Positions 29,883-39,681 of a stretch of 64,000 bases of DNA are shown piece after piece (the first letter of the stretch is position 1; each line of letters starts with the position of its first letter). The stretch comes from an uncultured archaeon (GTDB lineage Archaea > Thermoproteota > EX4484-205 > JAAOZP01), in NCBI GenBank assembly GCA_938045545.1, contig CALIBN010000002.1:32001-96000 (forward strand). The letters are read 5' to 3'. The position numbers were made by a program, and so were the translations under genes. The notes below the pieces were generated by a model. It did no database searches. It was not told where the DNA came from and saw only the letters and a program-made list of their open reading frames with translations.

Positions 29883-30962
29883 TTAGAACCTTGAAAACGC
29901 CTCTTTCACCGCATCCTTCAACTCAGGATGTTGCAACGGGTAAAGGAAGAAGCAAACCCCGTTGGAGCCTTTTTCTAACGCTACGTTCACCGCTTCCTCC
30001 ACATCCCTTCCGCTCCTTAGGAATTCAAACTGTATTCCAGCGACTATCATTTTGCCGCAGGAAACACCTTCCATGACTGCTTCGCCAATCCACCTTATAT
30101 TTTTCCCATAGTATTCATGGTATATCATTGGTTCGAAACTGTCAAGTGGCCATTCGCACCACTTTTGAAAAACGATCCTGTAAGCATAACCCGGAGTTGC
30201 GAAAACAGCGGCTGAAGTCTCAATAGTATTATCATATTTTTTCACAGTCCTATGGAAGTTTTTAACTATTTCAGTAATCCTTTCAGCTCTCCATGCATGC
30301 CATTCATACCATTTTCTCGATCCGAACCTGATTTCGAAAGGATCTATGCCAAAATCTTTTTTAAACCCGTTTCTACATTTTTCACAGTAGCAGAAGTCGA
30401 ACTTCTCCCGGTAGACATCTATCTCCCTTTCCAACCCATATCTTTCTCTTAATCCTTCTGGAAGGAAAAGATCCGGAAGCCTAATATAGTCTAAATGAAC
30501 CCCATCCAAGTCATAAATCCCCATGAGCTCCTGAATCATTCCAATGAAGAAGCTTTTAACATCATCGTTCGACGGGCAAAGCCATTTATAGCTTTCTACA
30601 TAAGGCGGGTTATCAACACAGCTCTTCCCCTCCCTGCTGACTACAAACCAGTCTTTACTCTTAGCAGCCAGCTCCGCGTTGGGCTTGTTTAAAGCAACCA
30701 CCCAAGCATGAACCTTTAATCCACTTCTCTTCGCCTCCCTTATAATGTCTCCTATCAAGCTCCTTTCAGCAGCTCCTTTTGCAACAACTGAAAACTTGGC
30801 CGGGTAGAGTGCCCCCTCACCATCTATGCTTAGCAGAAAAATCTCGTCTGCACCCATTTCCACAATCTCTCTAACATGTTTCTCAGGATTTTGAGCAATA
30901 GGCCTCGGATTCACCCAGAACGCCTTTTTATAACCGCTCGCCATAGCTACTGCCTCAAACAA
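29883..30962 (-). CDS. Glycosyl hydrolase-like 10 (GHL10/DUF187) family protein
   Basis: KVHAW, WLCPS, DGVHLDYIRLP, CYCEKC, PMIY. Confidence 0.75.
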   Translation of the reverse strand: MFEAVAMASGYKKAFWVNPRPIAQNPEKHVREIVEMGADEIFLLSIDGEGALYPAKFSVVAKGAAERSLIGDIIREAKRSGLKVHAWVVALNKPNAELAAKSKDWFVVSREGKSCVDNPPYVESYKWLCPSNDDVKSFFIGMIQELMGIYDLDGVHLDYIRLPDLFLPEGLRERYGLEREIDVYREKFDFCYCEKCRNGFKKDFGIDPFEIRFGSRKWYEWHAWRAERITEIVKNFHRTVKKYDNTIETSAAVFATPGYAYRIVFQKWCEWPLDSFEPMIYHEYYGKNIRWIGEAVMEGVSCGKMIVAGIQFEFLRSGRDVEEAVNVALEKGSNGVCFFLYPLQHPELKDAVKEAFSRF

Positions 30963-31091
30963 CGTTTTTATAAACCTTTATCGGTAGTTGAAAAGGATGC
31001 CCTGCAAAAACCCTGTTTAAACATTTCTAACGGTATTTCATGTGAAAACCGTTTTTACCAGTAACCCATTTTTTTAAATACGAGGTTTTAG

Positions 31092-31829
31092 TTGTTTAGG
31101 CAAGCAGAATTGGGGAACAAGAAAATATCCGTAGTGGTGCCAACGTTCAACGAGGAGAAGTATGTTGAAAAGCTACTCACGACGCTAAGTTGGCAAACAA
31201 TACCTAGGACGGAATATGAGATCATTATTGTAGACGGGGGAAGCGTGGACAGAACCTTAGAGATATGCAGAAAGTATGCTGATAAAATAGTGATACAGGA
31301 GACCCCTACGGTTGGAGGAGCGAGGAACGATGGAGTGAAAAATGCAGAGGCAGACCTAGTTTTCACAACTGATGCAGACTGCATGGTCACGCACAACCTG
31401 CTTGAGAGAGTAATACGCGATTTTAAAGCCTATCCGGATGTCGTGATGGTGTACGGCGTGGTGACCCCCATAGAAAGGAGTTTTAAAAACACTTTCCTAA
31501 TAGAGTTAAACAATGTTTTCGTTAAAATCCTTTACAGGTTTAAGATATACCTGAGTGTAGGTGCCAACACTGCCTTTAGAAAGAAGCCCTTCATAATTAT
31601 GAGGGGTTTTCCGGCAGTAGGGGCTGGGGACGACTATGGGCTTCAATTCAGAATGAGGAAGATTGGGAGAATAATGTTTGATGGAGGACTCAGAGTATAC
31701 TTCTCCATGAGAAGGTACGAAAAGTATGGTTTTGGCAGAAGCTTTTACGAATGGCTTTATAACGTTTTCAGCGAACTCCTCAAAAGAAGGGTTCCACCCG
31801 AAAAAAGATACTATAGAAAACTATATTAA
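31092..31829 (+). CDS. Glycosyltransferase family 2
   Basis: SVVVPTFNEE, VDGGSVD, ARNDG, DAD. Confidence 0.9.
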   Translation: MFRQAELGNKKISVVVPTFNEEKYVEKLLTTLSWQTIPRTEYEIIIVDGGSVDRTLEICRKYADKIVIQETPTVGGARNDGVKNAEADLVFTTDADCMVTHNLLERVIRDFKAYPDVVMVYGVVTPIERSFKNTFLIELNNVFVKILYRFKIYLSVGANTAFRKKPFIIMRGFPAVGAGDDYGLQFRMRKIGRIMFDGGLRVYFSMRRYEKYGFGRSFYEWLYNVFSELLKRRVPPEKRYYRKLY

Positions 31830-31966
31830 TTTTTCATGAAATCTTATATTGAAAACAGGATGAAAAAATAGGGAGCTTCTTTTAAAGTTGGAAACAGTAA
31901 ACGATGGATTGATCTTAAAGGGCATTCGACTTAGAACACCGCATACTCTTAGAAAGCTTTTTAACC

Positions 31967-32344
31967 ATGCGCGTTAAAAGTTCTAACATGCTACCGGTGG
32001 ATGTTCCAGTAATCCTCTTCAGCACTACGCAGTCCATAACACTATTCTGGGCAATGGATAAGGCTACCAGAATAGTTCTAAACAGGGTTAAAACCAAGAA
32101 TTACGCGTTCTCAGTAAGGGGGCTTAGAATCCACCACTGGCTGATCGGCGCAATAGTTGCTGCACTCGGCCTATTAGTCTTTTCAGCCCAAAATCTAGTG
32201 ATACTCATATATGAGACAAGCCTTAGCAGCATCCCCTGGAAGCTTGGTTCAAGCACTGTAACCGTGGGATTCAGGATTTTCCTAGATGATTTAAAGGATT
32301 TGAAAAGGCAGTTTAAGAGCTTAATCAGGATGGTAAAAAGATAA
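31967..32344 (+). CDS. Hypothetical membrane protein
   Basis: ORF with RIHHWLIG and hydrophobic helices; directly upstream of the ROK gene. Confidence 0.55.
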   Translation: MRVKSSNMLPVDVPVILFSTTQSITLFWAMDKATRIVLNRVKTKNYAFSVRGLRIHHWLIGAIVAALGLLVFSAQNLVILIYETSLSSIPWKLGSSTVTVGFRIFLDDLKDLKRQFKSLIRMVKR

Positions 32345-32352
32345 ATCGGACT

Positions 32353-33330
32353 GTGCTCCGCGTTTTAAACGAGTTGAGCATAGTGCTCGGAGTGGATCTT
32401 GGAGCATCCAACGTCAGGGTTGCCTTGTCCGACACGAATGGAAGGATTCTTTTTAAAAAATCAGAAAGGACGACGGGAACAACAGGACCGGATATTGTGA
32501 GGCAGATCGTTGAAATGGGTAGAAGCGCCATCAAGTCTCTGGGGTTTACGGATAAGAGCTTGAAAGCAGTTGGAGTGGGGTCAATAGGCCCGTTGGAATT
32601 AAAGAAGGGTTTGATCATTAATCCTCCTAATCTGCGGGTTGGCATAATACCTCTCGTAGAAGGCATTGAAAAACATTTTAACGTGCCTGTTAGACTTCTG
32701 AACGATTGTGTTGCAGCCGTTCTCGGGGAAAAAAGATTCGGAGCCGGTAGGAATCTTGAAAACATCGTCTACGTTACAATAAGCACCGGGATAGGTGGTG
32801 GAGCGATAGTTGACGGACACATCCTGCTTGGAAAAGACGGTAATGCACATGAAGTTGGTCACATGGTGGTGGATAAGGAGGGGCTTCTCGAATGCGGATG
32901 TGGAAAGCCTGGACACTGGGAAGCATATTGCAGCGGAAGCGGAATGGTCAACTATGCTAGGCTGCTCTTAAAAGAATGGGGTGTAGATTTCAATAAGAGC
33001 TCTCTAAGAAAGTATTTCCACGAGGATTTTTCAAAGGCTACTTCCAAAATGCTTTTCGACGCCGCTAGAGGAGGCGACGAGTTGGCACTTAGGATCATTG
33101 GGGAAATCGGGCTTCTTAACACAATTGGCTTTGCCAACATAATAGACGTATACGATCCTGAGCTAATAACAGTCGGCGGATCAGTCGCTCTTTTCAACAG
33201 TGAACTTATACTCGACCCAGTGAAGAAAAACGTTTCAAAATACGCTATGAACAGATTGCCTGAGATAATGATAACCCCGCTCGGGGAAGACGTGGTTCTC
33301 TACGGTGCCCTAGCAGCCGCACTAGAATAA
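32353..33330 (+). CDS. ROK family sugar kinase (glucokinase-like)
   Basis: GVDLGAS, NDC, STGIGGG, EVGH, CGCG..GHWEAY. Confidence 0.92.
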   Translation: MLRVLNELSIVLGVDLGASNVRVALSDTNGRILFKKSERTTGTTGPDIVRQIVEMGRSAIKSLGFTDKSLKAVGVGSIGPLELKKGLIINPPNLRVGIIPLVEGIEKHFNVPVRLLNDCVAAVLGEKRFGAGRNLENIVYVTISTGIGGGAIVDGHILLGKDGNAHEVGHMVVDKEGLLECGCGKPGHWEAYCSGSGMVNYARLLLKEWGVDFNKSSLRKYFHEDFSKATSKMLFDAARGGDELALRIIGEIGLLNTIGFANIIDVYDPELITVGGSVALFNSELILDPVKKNVSKYAMNRLPEIMITPLGEDVVLYGALAAALE

Positions 33331-33335
33331 GCCGT

Positions 33336-34850
33336 TTAACCGGGCTTCTTCGCTAGAAACCAATCTAAAAATGCTTTAAACATCTCGTGGGATTCGCGAT
33401 CTATCAAACACAGAGTTGTGAAATAAACAATTATGCCCACTAGGATGACGGGCATCAAGGATGTTAATACAATCATTATCTGCTCGCTTTTAGCTGATTC
33501 AGGATACAGCGTTAGCAGCACACTTGACATCACCATTCCCGAGACAACTAGTTTAAATATCCTCCTAAAATCTAAGCTGAAGACGATAAGTCGCCTGGAG
33601 AGCCGTAAATAGTAAAGCATTATGGAGAGGTTAACCAGCAAGTAGCATAAGGCTGCAGACAGAGAGAATAATATTGGCGGGCTCTTTAAATCGTTCAATA
33701 TTTCAGCCACAACCGCGGTCACTGTTACGTAAACAATTGAACCGGAAAGGTCGATCAGCGGGATCCTTATGAGGTACGAGTCAACTAGTTTTTTCCACGA
33801 GGCGTTCTCATTAACATCGACCTTTTCAACTCCCAATATGACTGTTGAGAAAAAACTTTTCAACACAGTGATTGCAGAGCATAAAGCCATTACTCTAAGA
33901 ACATTATGCACAGGCGCATAGCCTTCTCTTAAAAGATATAGTAGAGGCTCTGCAAGAATCAACTGTCCGAGTGTCATGGGTATTAGGAAAAGCAGCACGA
34001 GCTCCAGCGACTCCTCAATATCTCGACCTGTTCCGCCGGATAGGAGCTTCGGATATAGCCCTATTGCTAGAGACCCTGCGAAAAGTATCACGCCAGCAAA
34101 AATGTTCGCAGCTCTGATGTATGCCACAGGAAGCAGGGACCCGGTTAACAGCGTTAAGACTAGAGCATCCTGGAAATACACTATTCCAGGAGCGATTGAC
34201 GCTAGAGGTATCCAGCCCATTCTAAACCACATGCCCACCTCATTCGGCAGGAATGAACCCTTAAGATGTTTTGACAGCCTCAGCGAGTAATATAGCGCCT
34301 GAATGATTAGAGCAAGGTCTACTGAAAGAACAGCTCCGAAAAGAGATAGCCTGAAGTACCCGACTAGTACTACTCCGATAACCACCTTAGATGCTTCGAA
34401 AAAAACGGTTCCATACCCTACTATATGTGGTTCAACTCCATGGCATACTGATTCCAAGCTGGACGTGTGATATATCGCTACGATCCACAATATGAACGCG
34501 AGGATTGCCGGCAGGTCGATGCTTACGCTCGACGCGAAGACTGGAGACAAGACGGTGAAGAATGATGCTGAAACCAGTGAAACAATGCTGTTGAATAAGA
34601 CTCCTGATTTCGCAACCGGTTTCCCTCTTCCTGTGAATCTCGTAAGCCAGTAGTTCGCAATGCTTGAAGGTATTGTGAAATAGCTTAACAGGCTTGCGTA
34701 GAACTGCCAGGTTCCGAAAAGCTCTTCGGTAAGCCTCCTAGTTACGAGCATTGTAAACAATAAGCCCGTTAGGACTGAAATCATCCTCGAGGCGAAGTTG
34801 ACCAGTCCAGAGTATTTCAGCCTAATACTGTTCACATCTTTTTCAAACAA
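33336..34850 (-). CDS. Oligosaccharide flippase / polysaccharide export (MOP superfamily) membrane protein
   Basis: About 14 hydrophobic segments; N-terminal TRRL..E.FG.W pattern. Confidence 0.7.
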   Translation of the reverse strand: MFEKDVNSIRLKYSGLVNFASRMISVLTGLLFTMLVTRRLTEELFGTWQFYASLLSYFTIPSSIANYWLTRFTGRGKPVAKSGVLFNSIVSLVSASFFTVLSPVFASSVSIDLPAILAFILWIVAIYHTSSLESVCHGVEPHIVGYGTVFFEASKVVIGVVLVGYFRLSLFGAVLSVDLALIIQALYYSLRLSKHLKGSFLPNEVGMWFRMGWIPLASIAPGIVYFQDALVLTLLTGSLLPVAYIRAANIFAGVILFAGSLAIGLYPKLLSGGTGRDIEESLELVLLFLIPMTLGQLILAEPLLYLLREGYAPVHNVLRVMALCSAITVLKSFFSTVILGVEKVDVNENASWKKLVDSYLIRIPLIDLSGSIVYVTVTAVVAEILNDLKSPPILFSLSAALCYLLVNLSIMLYYLRLSRRLIVFSLDFRRIFKLVVSGMVMSSVLLTLYPESAKSEQIMIVLTSLMPVILVGIIVYFTTLCLIDRESHEMFKAFLDWFLAKKPG

Positions 34851-34939
34851 ACCCTACGCATTTAAAAACCTATTCTGACACCTCCGCGACTGAGGCAAGA
34901 GGCCGTCGCCTCTATGGGGTCGTAGCGCGTAACAGGTAT

Positions 34940-35767
34940 TTAATAGCAGAAAACCAGCTCCAAACCGATTTTTTTAGAAACTTCAAAGACTTTCTTCTTA
35001 ACTTCATCATAGTAAGAGGATTCTGAAAAGAGTATTCTTCTCCATTCACCATATAGCTCCGGGTATTTTTTCAAGATAACTTTTGAAACCATGCTCCAAA
35101 CCATTGGCCTCAGGTTAAGCCTGTCAACATAAACATATTCCGCGCCCGTCTCCCTAAACCTCGTCAAAAAACCTTCTAAATCGGTTTCTGAAAGAAATGG
35201 AAGTATTGGTCCGAAGAAAACATATGTTCTCAAACCTTCCTCCTTGGCAAGCCTGATTGCTTCAAGCCTCTCCTCAGGACTTGAGGAAGCCGGCTCGAAA
35301 TCCTTCCAGACTCCCTCGTCCAACGTAACCACCGTAACCCCCACCTCATTAAGCTTGTTCCTCTTCAAAACATCCAGGTCTCTCACAACAAGGTTCGACT
35401 TGGTTTGAACAATCACGGGAAACCCTTTTTGAACAAGCATCTCAAGAATTTTCCGCGTCAACTCGTATTTCTTCTCAACCGGCTGATAGGGATCGGTGAG
35501 CGAACTCAAGTATACTTTTCCAGCCTTCTTCTTCTCAACCTCACTTGAAAGGATTTTTAAGGCATTAGTCTTAACGTCGAGAAACTCGCCCCACTCTTCT
35601 CTACTTCTTCTGAACCTAAAGGTTATTCCTGCAGCATAGCAGTACCTACATCCATGCTGACAGCCCACGTACGGGTTTACACAGTAATCTGCAATAGCAC
35701 TCCTATTCAGCAGTGTCTTACACTCAATCTCCCTGATTTTCACAGGACTATTTGAAAATACATCCAA
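34940..35767 (-). CDS. Radical SAM protein, SplB/COG1533-like
   Basis: NPYVGCQHGCRYCYA, TDPYQPVE, QTKS, FEP. Confidence 0.88.
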   Translation of the reverse strand: MDVFSNSPVKIREIECKTLLNRSAIADYCVNPYVGCQHGCRYCYAAGITFRFRRSREEWGEFLDVKTNALKILSSEVEKKKAGKVYLSSLTDPYQPVEKKYELTRKILEMLVQKGFPVIVQTKSNLVVRDLDVLKRNKLNEVGVTVVTLDEGVWKDFEPASSSPEERLEAIRLAKEEGLRTYVFFGPILPFLSETDLEGFLTRFRETGAEYVYVDRLNLRPMVWSMVSKVILKKYPELYGEWRRILFSESSYYDEVKKKVFEVSKKIGLELVFCY

Positions 35768-35783
35768 ACCCTAATAAGCCTTT

Positions 35784-36872
35784 TCATAACGCTTCGCAAC
35801 CGTTTTGACAGACAGTGCTGTTTTCAAGGAAATCAGGGTCGAGAACCCTGCCTGCTAGTAGGCTTAACCCCAGAATCCTCGTCAACGTGAACGAAAAAGG
35901 TATTCGCCTCATGATGTTGAAAAGCTTCCTCATTCTGAGCCCTTTTTCCAATGCTCCACCAATAGTTTTTCTCCAAACAGAATCATATGTTTCAGCCATG
36001 AAGCCTTCGTCGAAAAGGTTTCTTTCAAGGGCGGCTGCGCAAGCATCCCCAGCGATTCTACTGCAGATCCTGTTGTAGACAAGACCGCCTAGCGAGAAAG
36101 GCTTGACTTGGCACGCAGCATCCCCGACTAGAATAACCCTGTTGGCGGAGGTTCTGCTCATTATTCCGAATCTTATAGAGTCCCCTACGAACCCGCCGCA
36201 ACTAGACTCCATGTTCAGCCTCTTCAGGAGCAGCCTGAGCCTCGGCCAGGGATTGCCACTGGTTAAAAGACCCACTTTCGCCTTGCTCCTGCTTAAAGGT
36301 ATGATCCAGGCGAAGACATCCTTGGAAAACTCTGGGTCAAACCTCAGCTCAACAACATCCTGTTCGAAGACACCGTTGGCCACGCATTGAAGCGCGAAGA
36401 GAAGGCTATCAGGCTGCTTTAAACCAGTCAGTCTTGCAACAATAGAGTTAGGCCCATCGGCTCCGACCAGGATTCTTCCAGAGTAACGGCCTCCCTTACT
36501 CGTGACCACGCATCCTTCCTTTAGCCCCACCACCCTCTCGCCGAGCCTAATCTCAACCCCTTCTGCCAAAGCATTTTCAGCGAGATGCTTATCGTAGCCA
36601 GCTCTATCTATCACGAGCATATCTTTCTTAGAGTATACTTCAAAACTCTCCTTCCCGAGGCAGAACCTCGCGGTGTCAACCCTGTTTAAAACAAGGTGTT
36701 GCGGAAGCCCGCCTATCCTCCAGCTTACAAGACCGGCGCACTGCTCAGGTCTGCCTACTTCATTATGCTCTTCAAGAACTATGGTTTTAAAACCCTTTTT
36801 AGAAATGAATAAGCCTGTTGAAAGACCGGAGGGCCCGCCTCCAACTATTAGAGCATCGCGATCAATCCTCAT
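35784..36872 (-). CDS. Geranylgeranyl reductase family FAD-dependent oxidoreductase
   Basis: GGGPSG, PEQCAG, GADG..S, FAWIIP, GDAA.QVKP. Confidence 0.82.
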   Translation of the reverse strand: MRIDRDALIVGGGPSGLSTGLFISKKGFKTIVLEEHNEVGRPEQCAGLVSWRIGGLPQHLVLNRVDTARFCLGKESFEVYSKKDMLVIDRAGYDKHLAENALAEGVEIRLGERVVGLKEGCVVTSKGGRYSGRILVGADGPNSIVARLTGLKQPDSLLFALQCVANGVFEQDVVELRFDPEFSKDVFAWIIPLSRSKAKVGLLTSGNPWPRLRLLLKRLNMESSCGGFVGDSIRFGIMSRTSANRVILVGDAACQVKPFSLGGLVYNRICSRIAGDACAAALERNLFDEGFMAETYDSVWRKTIGGALEKGLRMRKLFNIMRRIPFSFTLTRILGLSLLAGRVLDPDFLENSTVCQNGCEAL

Positions 36873-36881
36873 TAACTCTCT

Positions 36882-37091
36882 TCATTCCTCTGTAACCAGA
36901 CCTTTATCCTTAAGCCTTTTCAAAACTGCGTCGAGCTCCCACAGGTGGCAGGGGACAGACCTCCATATTCCAGACAGAGGCATGCGCTTCCCCTTCTTCA
37001 GAGCCTCGTAGACCTTTTTCTCAAGTTCTTCGAGATCAGCCTTCTCAAGCAAGTATTCATGCGGCCCGACGACAACCCATTCTTCAACCAT
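36882..37091 (-). CDS. Small hypothetical protein, possibly winged-helix
   Basis: 69 aa ORF first in an apparent operon; helical pattern ending LKRLKDKGLV. Confidence 0.6.
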   Translation of the reverse strand: MVEEWVVVGPHEYLLEKADLEELEKKVYEALKKGKRMPLSGIWRSVPCHLWELDAVLKRLKDKGLVTEE

Positions 37092-37195
37092 TCTGAAAAA
37101 TGTGACAGTGCGCCAGTATATTGGTTTTATGCTGAAAGGGTCATAGCTTCACAGAATAACTTAAATAGGGGAATGCTCAACACATCACTCTCGAA

Positions 37196-38380
37196 ATGCC
37201 GGGAAAAGTTGTTTCAACATACTCAGGCGGCCTAGACTCAACACTCATAACAATACTGTTGAAAGAGAAGTATGGATACGACGAAGTAATTCCTGTTCTC
37301 GTTGACGTTGGCCAAGGAGAGGAAGAGATCAGGATCGCGTATGAAAGAGCTGAGAAGCTGGGTTTAAAAATACATTTCATAGATGCTAAGCACGAGTTCG
37401 CTACAGAATACATATTCAGATGCATCAAGGCTAATGGAAGCTACGGAGGCTACCCGGTTGGAACCTCTATGACTAGGGTTCTGATAGCTTCTAAGGCCGC
37501 TGAAATAGCTAAGAAAGAAGGGGCGGAGGCTGTTGCACACGGTTGCACGGGCAAGGGTAACGACCAGTTCAGGATGGAGGTTGCAGTTAAATACGTGGAT
37601 CCAAACCTGAAGGTGATAGCGCCAGTTAGAGAGCTGAACCTCTCAAGATTTGAAGAGGAGGAGATGCTCAGGAAACACGGTATTGAGCCTAAGAAGCCCA
37701 AGGGGAAGCTTGGTGGAGACGTAAACATGTGGTCTCACTCCATTGGAAGTGGGCAGGTTGAAGACCTTTACACACAGTATCCCGAGGACTATATTTGGGC
37801 CGTCCACCCTGAGAAGGCCCCAGAAACTCCACAGAAGATTCAAATAACCTATGAGAGAGGCGTCCCTGTCGAAGTAGACGGGGTAAGAGACCCTGTTGAA
37901 ATAATACTCTATCTGAACAGGATTGGCGGGCAACACGGCGTTGGGAGAATAGATATAATTGAAGACGGGATACTGGGTTTGAAATCTAGGGAGCTTTACG
38001 AGGCTCCGGCTGCAACAATCCTCTTAAACACTCATGCGAACCTTGAACAGTTAACCCTTACGAAGGAGCAGTTGAAAGTTAAGAGGGAGATAGACAAGAT
38101 TTGGGCTGAAATAGTTTACCACGGGATGTGGTTCCACCCGTTGAGGAGGGATCTAGATGCCTTCATAGATTCTACGCAAAAATATGTTTCCGGGAGGCTT
38201 GACGTAAAGCTTTACAAGGGTAACGTGGAGGTTGTCGGGAGAGAGTCTAAATACAGTCTATTCTCGCCAGAGTTAAGATCCATTAAGAAGGCCGGTTTCG
38301 ACCAGAGAGATGCTACGGGAGCGGTTAAGCTCTACGCTTTACCGTATCAGCTTTATGGTAAAAGGGAGCAGGAAAAGTAG
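37196..38380 (+). CDS. argG: Argininosuccinate synthase
   Basis: YSGGLDS, AHGCTGKGNDQFR, KSRELYEAP. Confidence 0.96.
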   Translation: MPGKVVSTYSGGLDSTLITILLKEKYGYDEVIPVLVDVGQGEEEIRIAYERAEKLGLKIHFIDAKHEFATEYIFRCIKANGSYGGYPVGTSMTRVLIASKAAEIAKKEGAEAVAHGCTGKGNDQFRMEVAVKYVDPNLKVIAPVRELNLSRFEEEEMLRKHGIEPKKPKGKLGGDVNMWSHSIGSGQVEDLYTQYPEDYIWAVHPEKAPETPQKIQITYERGVPVEVDGVRDPVEIILYLNRIGGQHGVGRIDIIEDGILGLKSRELYEAPAATILLNTHANLEQLTLTKEQLKVKREIDKIWAEIVYHGMWFHPLRRDLDAFIDSTQKYVSGRLDVKLYKGNVEVVGRESKYSLFSPELRSIKKAGFDQRDATGAVKLYALPYQLYGKREQEK

Positions 38381-38476
38381 GCCGTCTAGACGCTTTTTTC
38401 CAGTAATAGAAGGCGGGCTTACAAGGATTATCCTGGGAAATTGTTTTTAGGAACCGTTTGAATGACTTAAGCCAGA

Positions 38477-39676
38477 ATGACTCAGGAAACGGTGGTAATC
38501 TACTCTAAACACTGGCTTGCAGTATTCATAATGATTGGCCTTATATCTGCTGGGCTGATAGTGTCGTTCCTCCTCCTTTATTCACAGTTAACCCAGCTTA
38601 ACGATAAGGTTGAAAGCCTAGACTTCGCGGTGAAACGGTTAAGCGAGGATGTTAGCAGGATTAAGAATGCTCAGCTAAGCCAAAGCATAGTCTACTTTAA
38701 CTTAAGCTTCACCGAACTCTATGAGAAAACCATTAGAGGCGTTGTAATGGTGACGGGATTGGCCAAGTCCTTTCTAAGCGAGGACGTTGGCCTCGGCTCG
38801 GGATTCGTAGTGAAACACGGGGCATCACACTATATTTTGACGAACTATCATGTAGTGAGGAACGTGATTAATCTTACAGTAACCTTTTACAATGGGGAAA
38901 GCTATCCTGCTCAAGTGGTGGGCACAGACCCGTATAGCGACCTAGCGGTGTTGAATAGCACTGCCCCGCTTGAGCTCTACCATCCTCTAAACATGACTTT
39001 CAGCAGTAGTCTAAAAGTCGGAGACTTGGTGATAGCAATAGGGAACCCTTTCGGGTTAACAGGCACCATGACGACAGGAGTCGTCAGCCAGCTTGGCAGA
39101 ACGATAACAAGCGAGTTCACTGGAGGCTATGCTATAGCGAACGTTATTCAGACAAGCGCACCTATAAACCCGGGTAACTCTGGGGGACCGTTGCTTAACG
39201 CTAAGGGCGAGGTAGTTGGGATGAACACCGCTATAATAAGAGACAGCCAAGGCGTGGGCTTCGCAATACCGTCTAACACGATTTTGAGAGTACTGCCATT
39301 CCTAGTGGAGACAGGCGGCTACGATATGCATCCTTGGCTCGGCCTAAGGGGTATTAATGTGAACTACTATATTGCTAGGGCAGCAGGGTTGAACGTTACA
39401 TACGGCTGGCTTATTCAAGAAGTTATTCCCGAAGGCCCATCCGATAAGGCTGGTCTGAAAGGAGGGACCAAGACCATTACTATTCTAGGAACCGAGATAA
39501 AGGTTGGCGGAGACCTGATAATTTCTATAGATGAGCATCCCATTAAGAACAGTGATGACATCGCCAGGGTGCTTGAGGAATACACTTACCCGGGTAAGAC
39601 GGTTAACCTGACGATTATCAGAGAGGGCCGGAAGCTGGTTGTCCCAGTGACCCTTGGGAAAAGACCCCCACCCTAG
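38477..39676 (+). CDS. htrA: HtrA/DegP-like membrane-anchored serine protease with PDZ domain
   Basis: N-terminal TM helix; triad TNYHVV, SDLAV, GNSGG; C-terminal PDZ. Confidence 0.92.
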   Translation: MTQETVVIYSKHWLAVFIMIGLISAGLIVSFLLLYSQLTQLNDKVESLDFAVKRLSEDVSRIKNAQLSQSIVYFNLSFTELYEKTIRGVVMVTGLAKSFLSEDVGLGSGFVVKHGASHYILTNYHVVRNVINLTVTFYNGESYPAQVVGTDPYSDLAVLNSTAPLELYHPLNMTFSSSLKVGDLVIAIGNPFGLTGTMTTGVVSQLGRTITSEFTGGYAIANVIQTSAPINPGNSGGPLLNAKGEVVGMNTAIIRDSQGVGFAIPSNTILRVLPFLVETGGYDMHPWLGLRGINVNYYIARAAGLNVTYGWLIQEVIPEGPSDKAGLKGGTKTITILGTEIKVGGDLIISIDEHPIKNSDDIARVLEEYTYPGKTVNLTIIREGRKLVVPVTLGKRPPP

Positions 39677-39681
39677 TTAAG

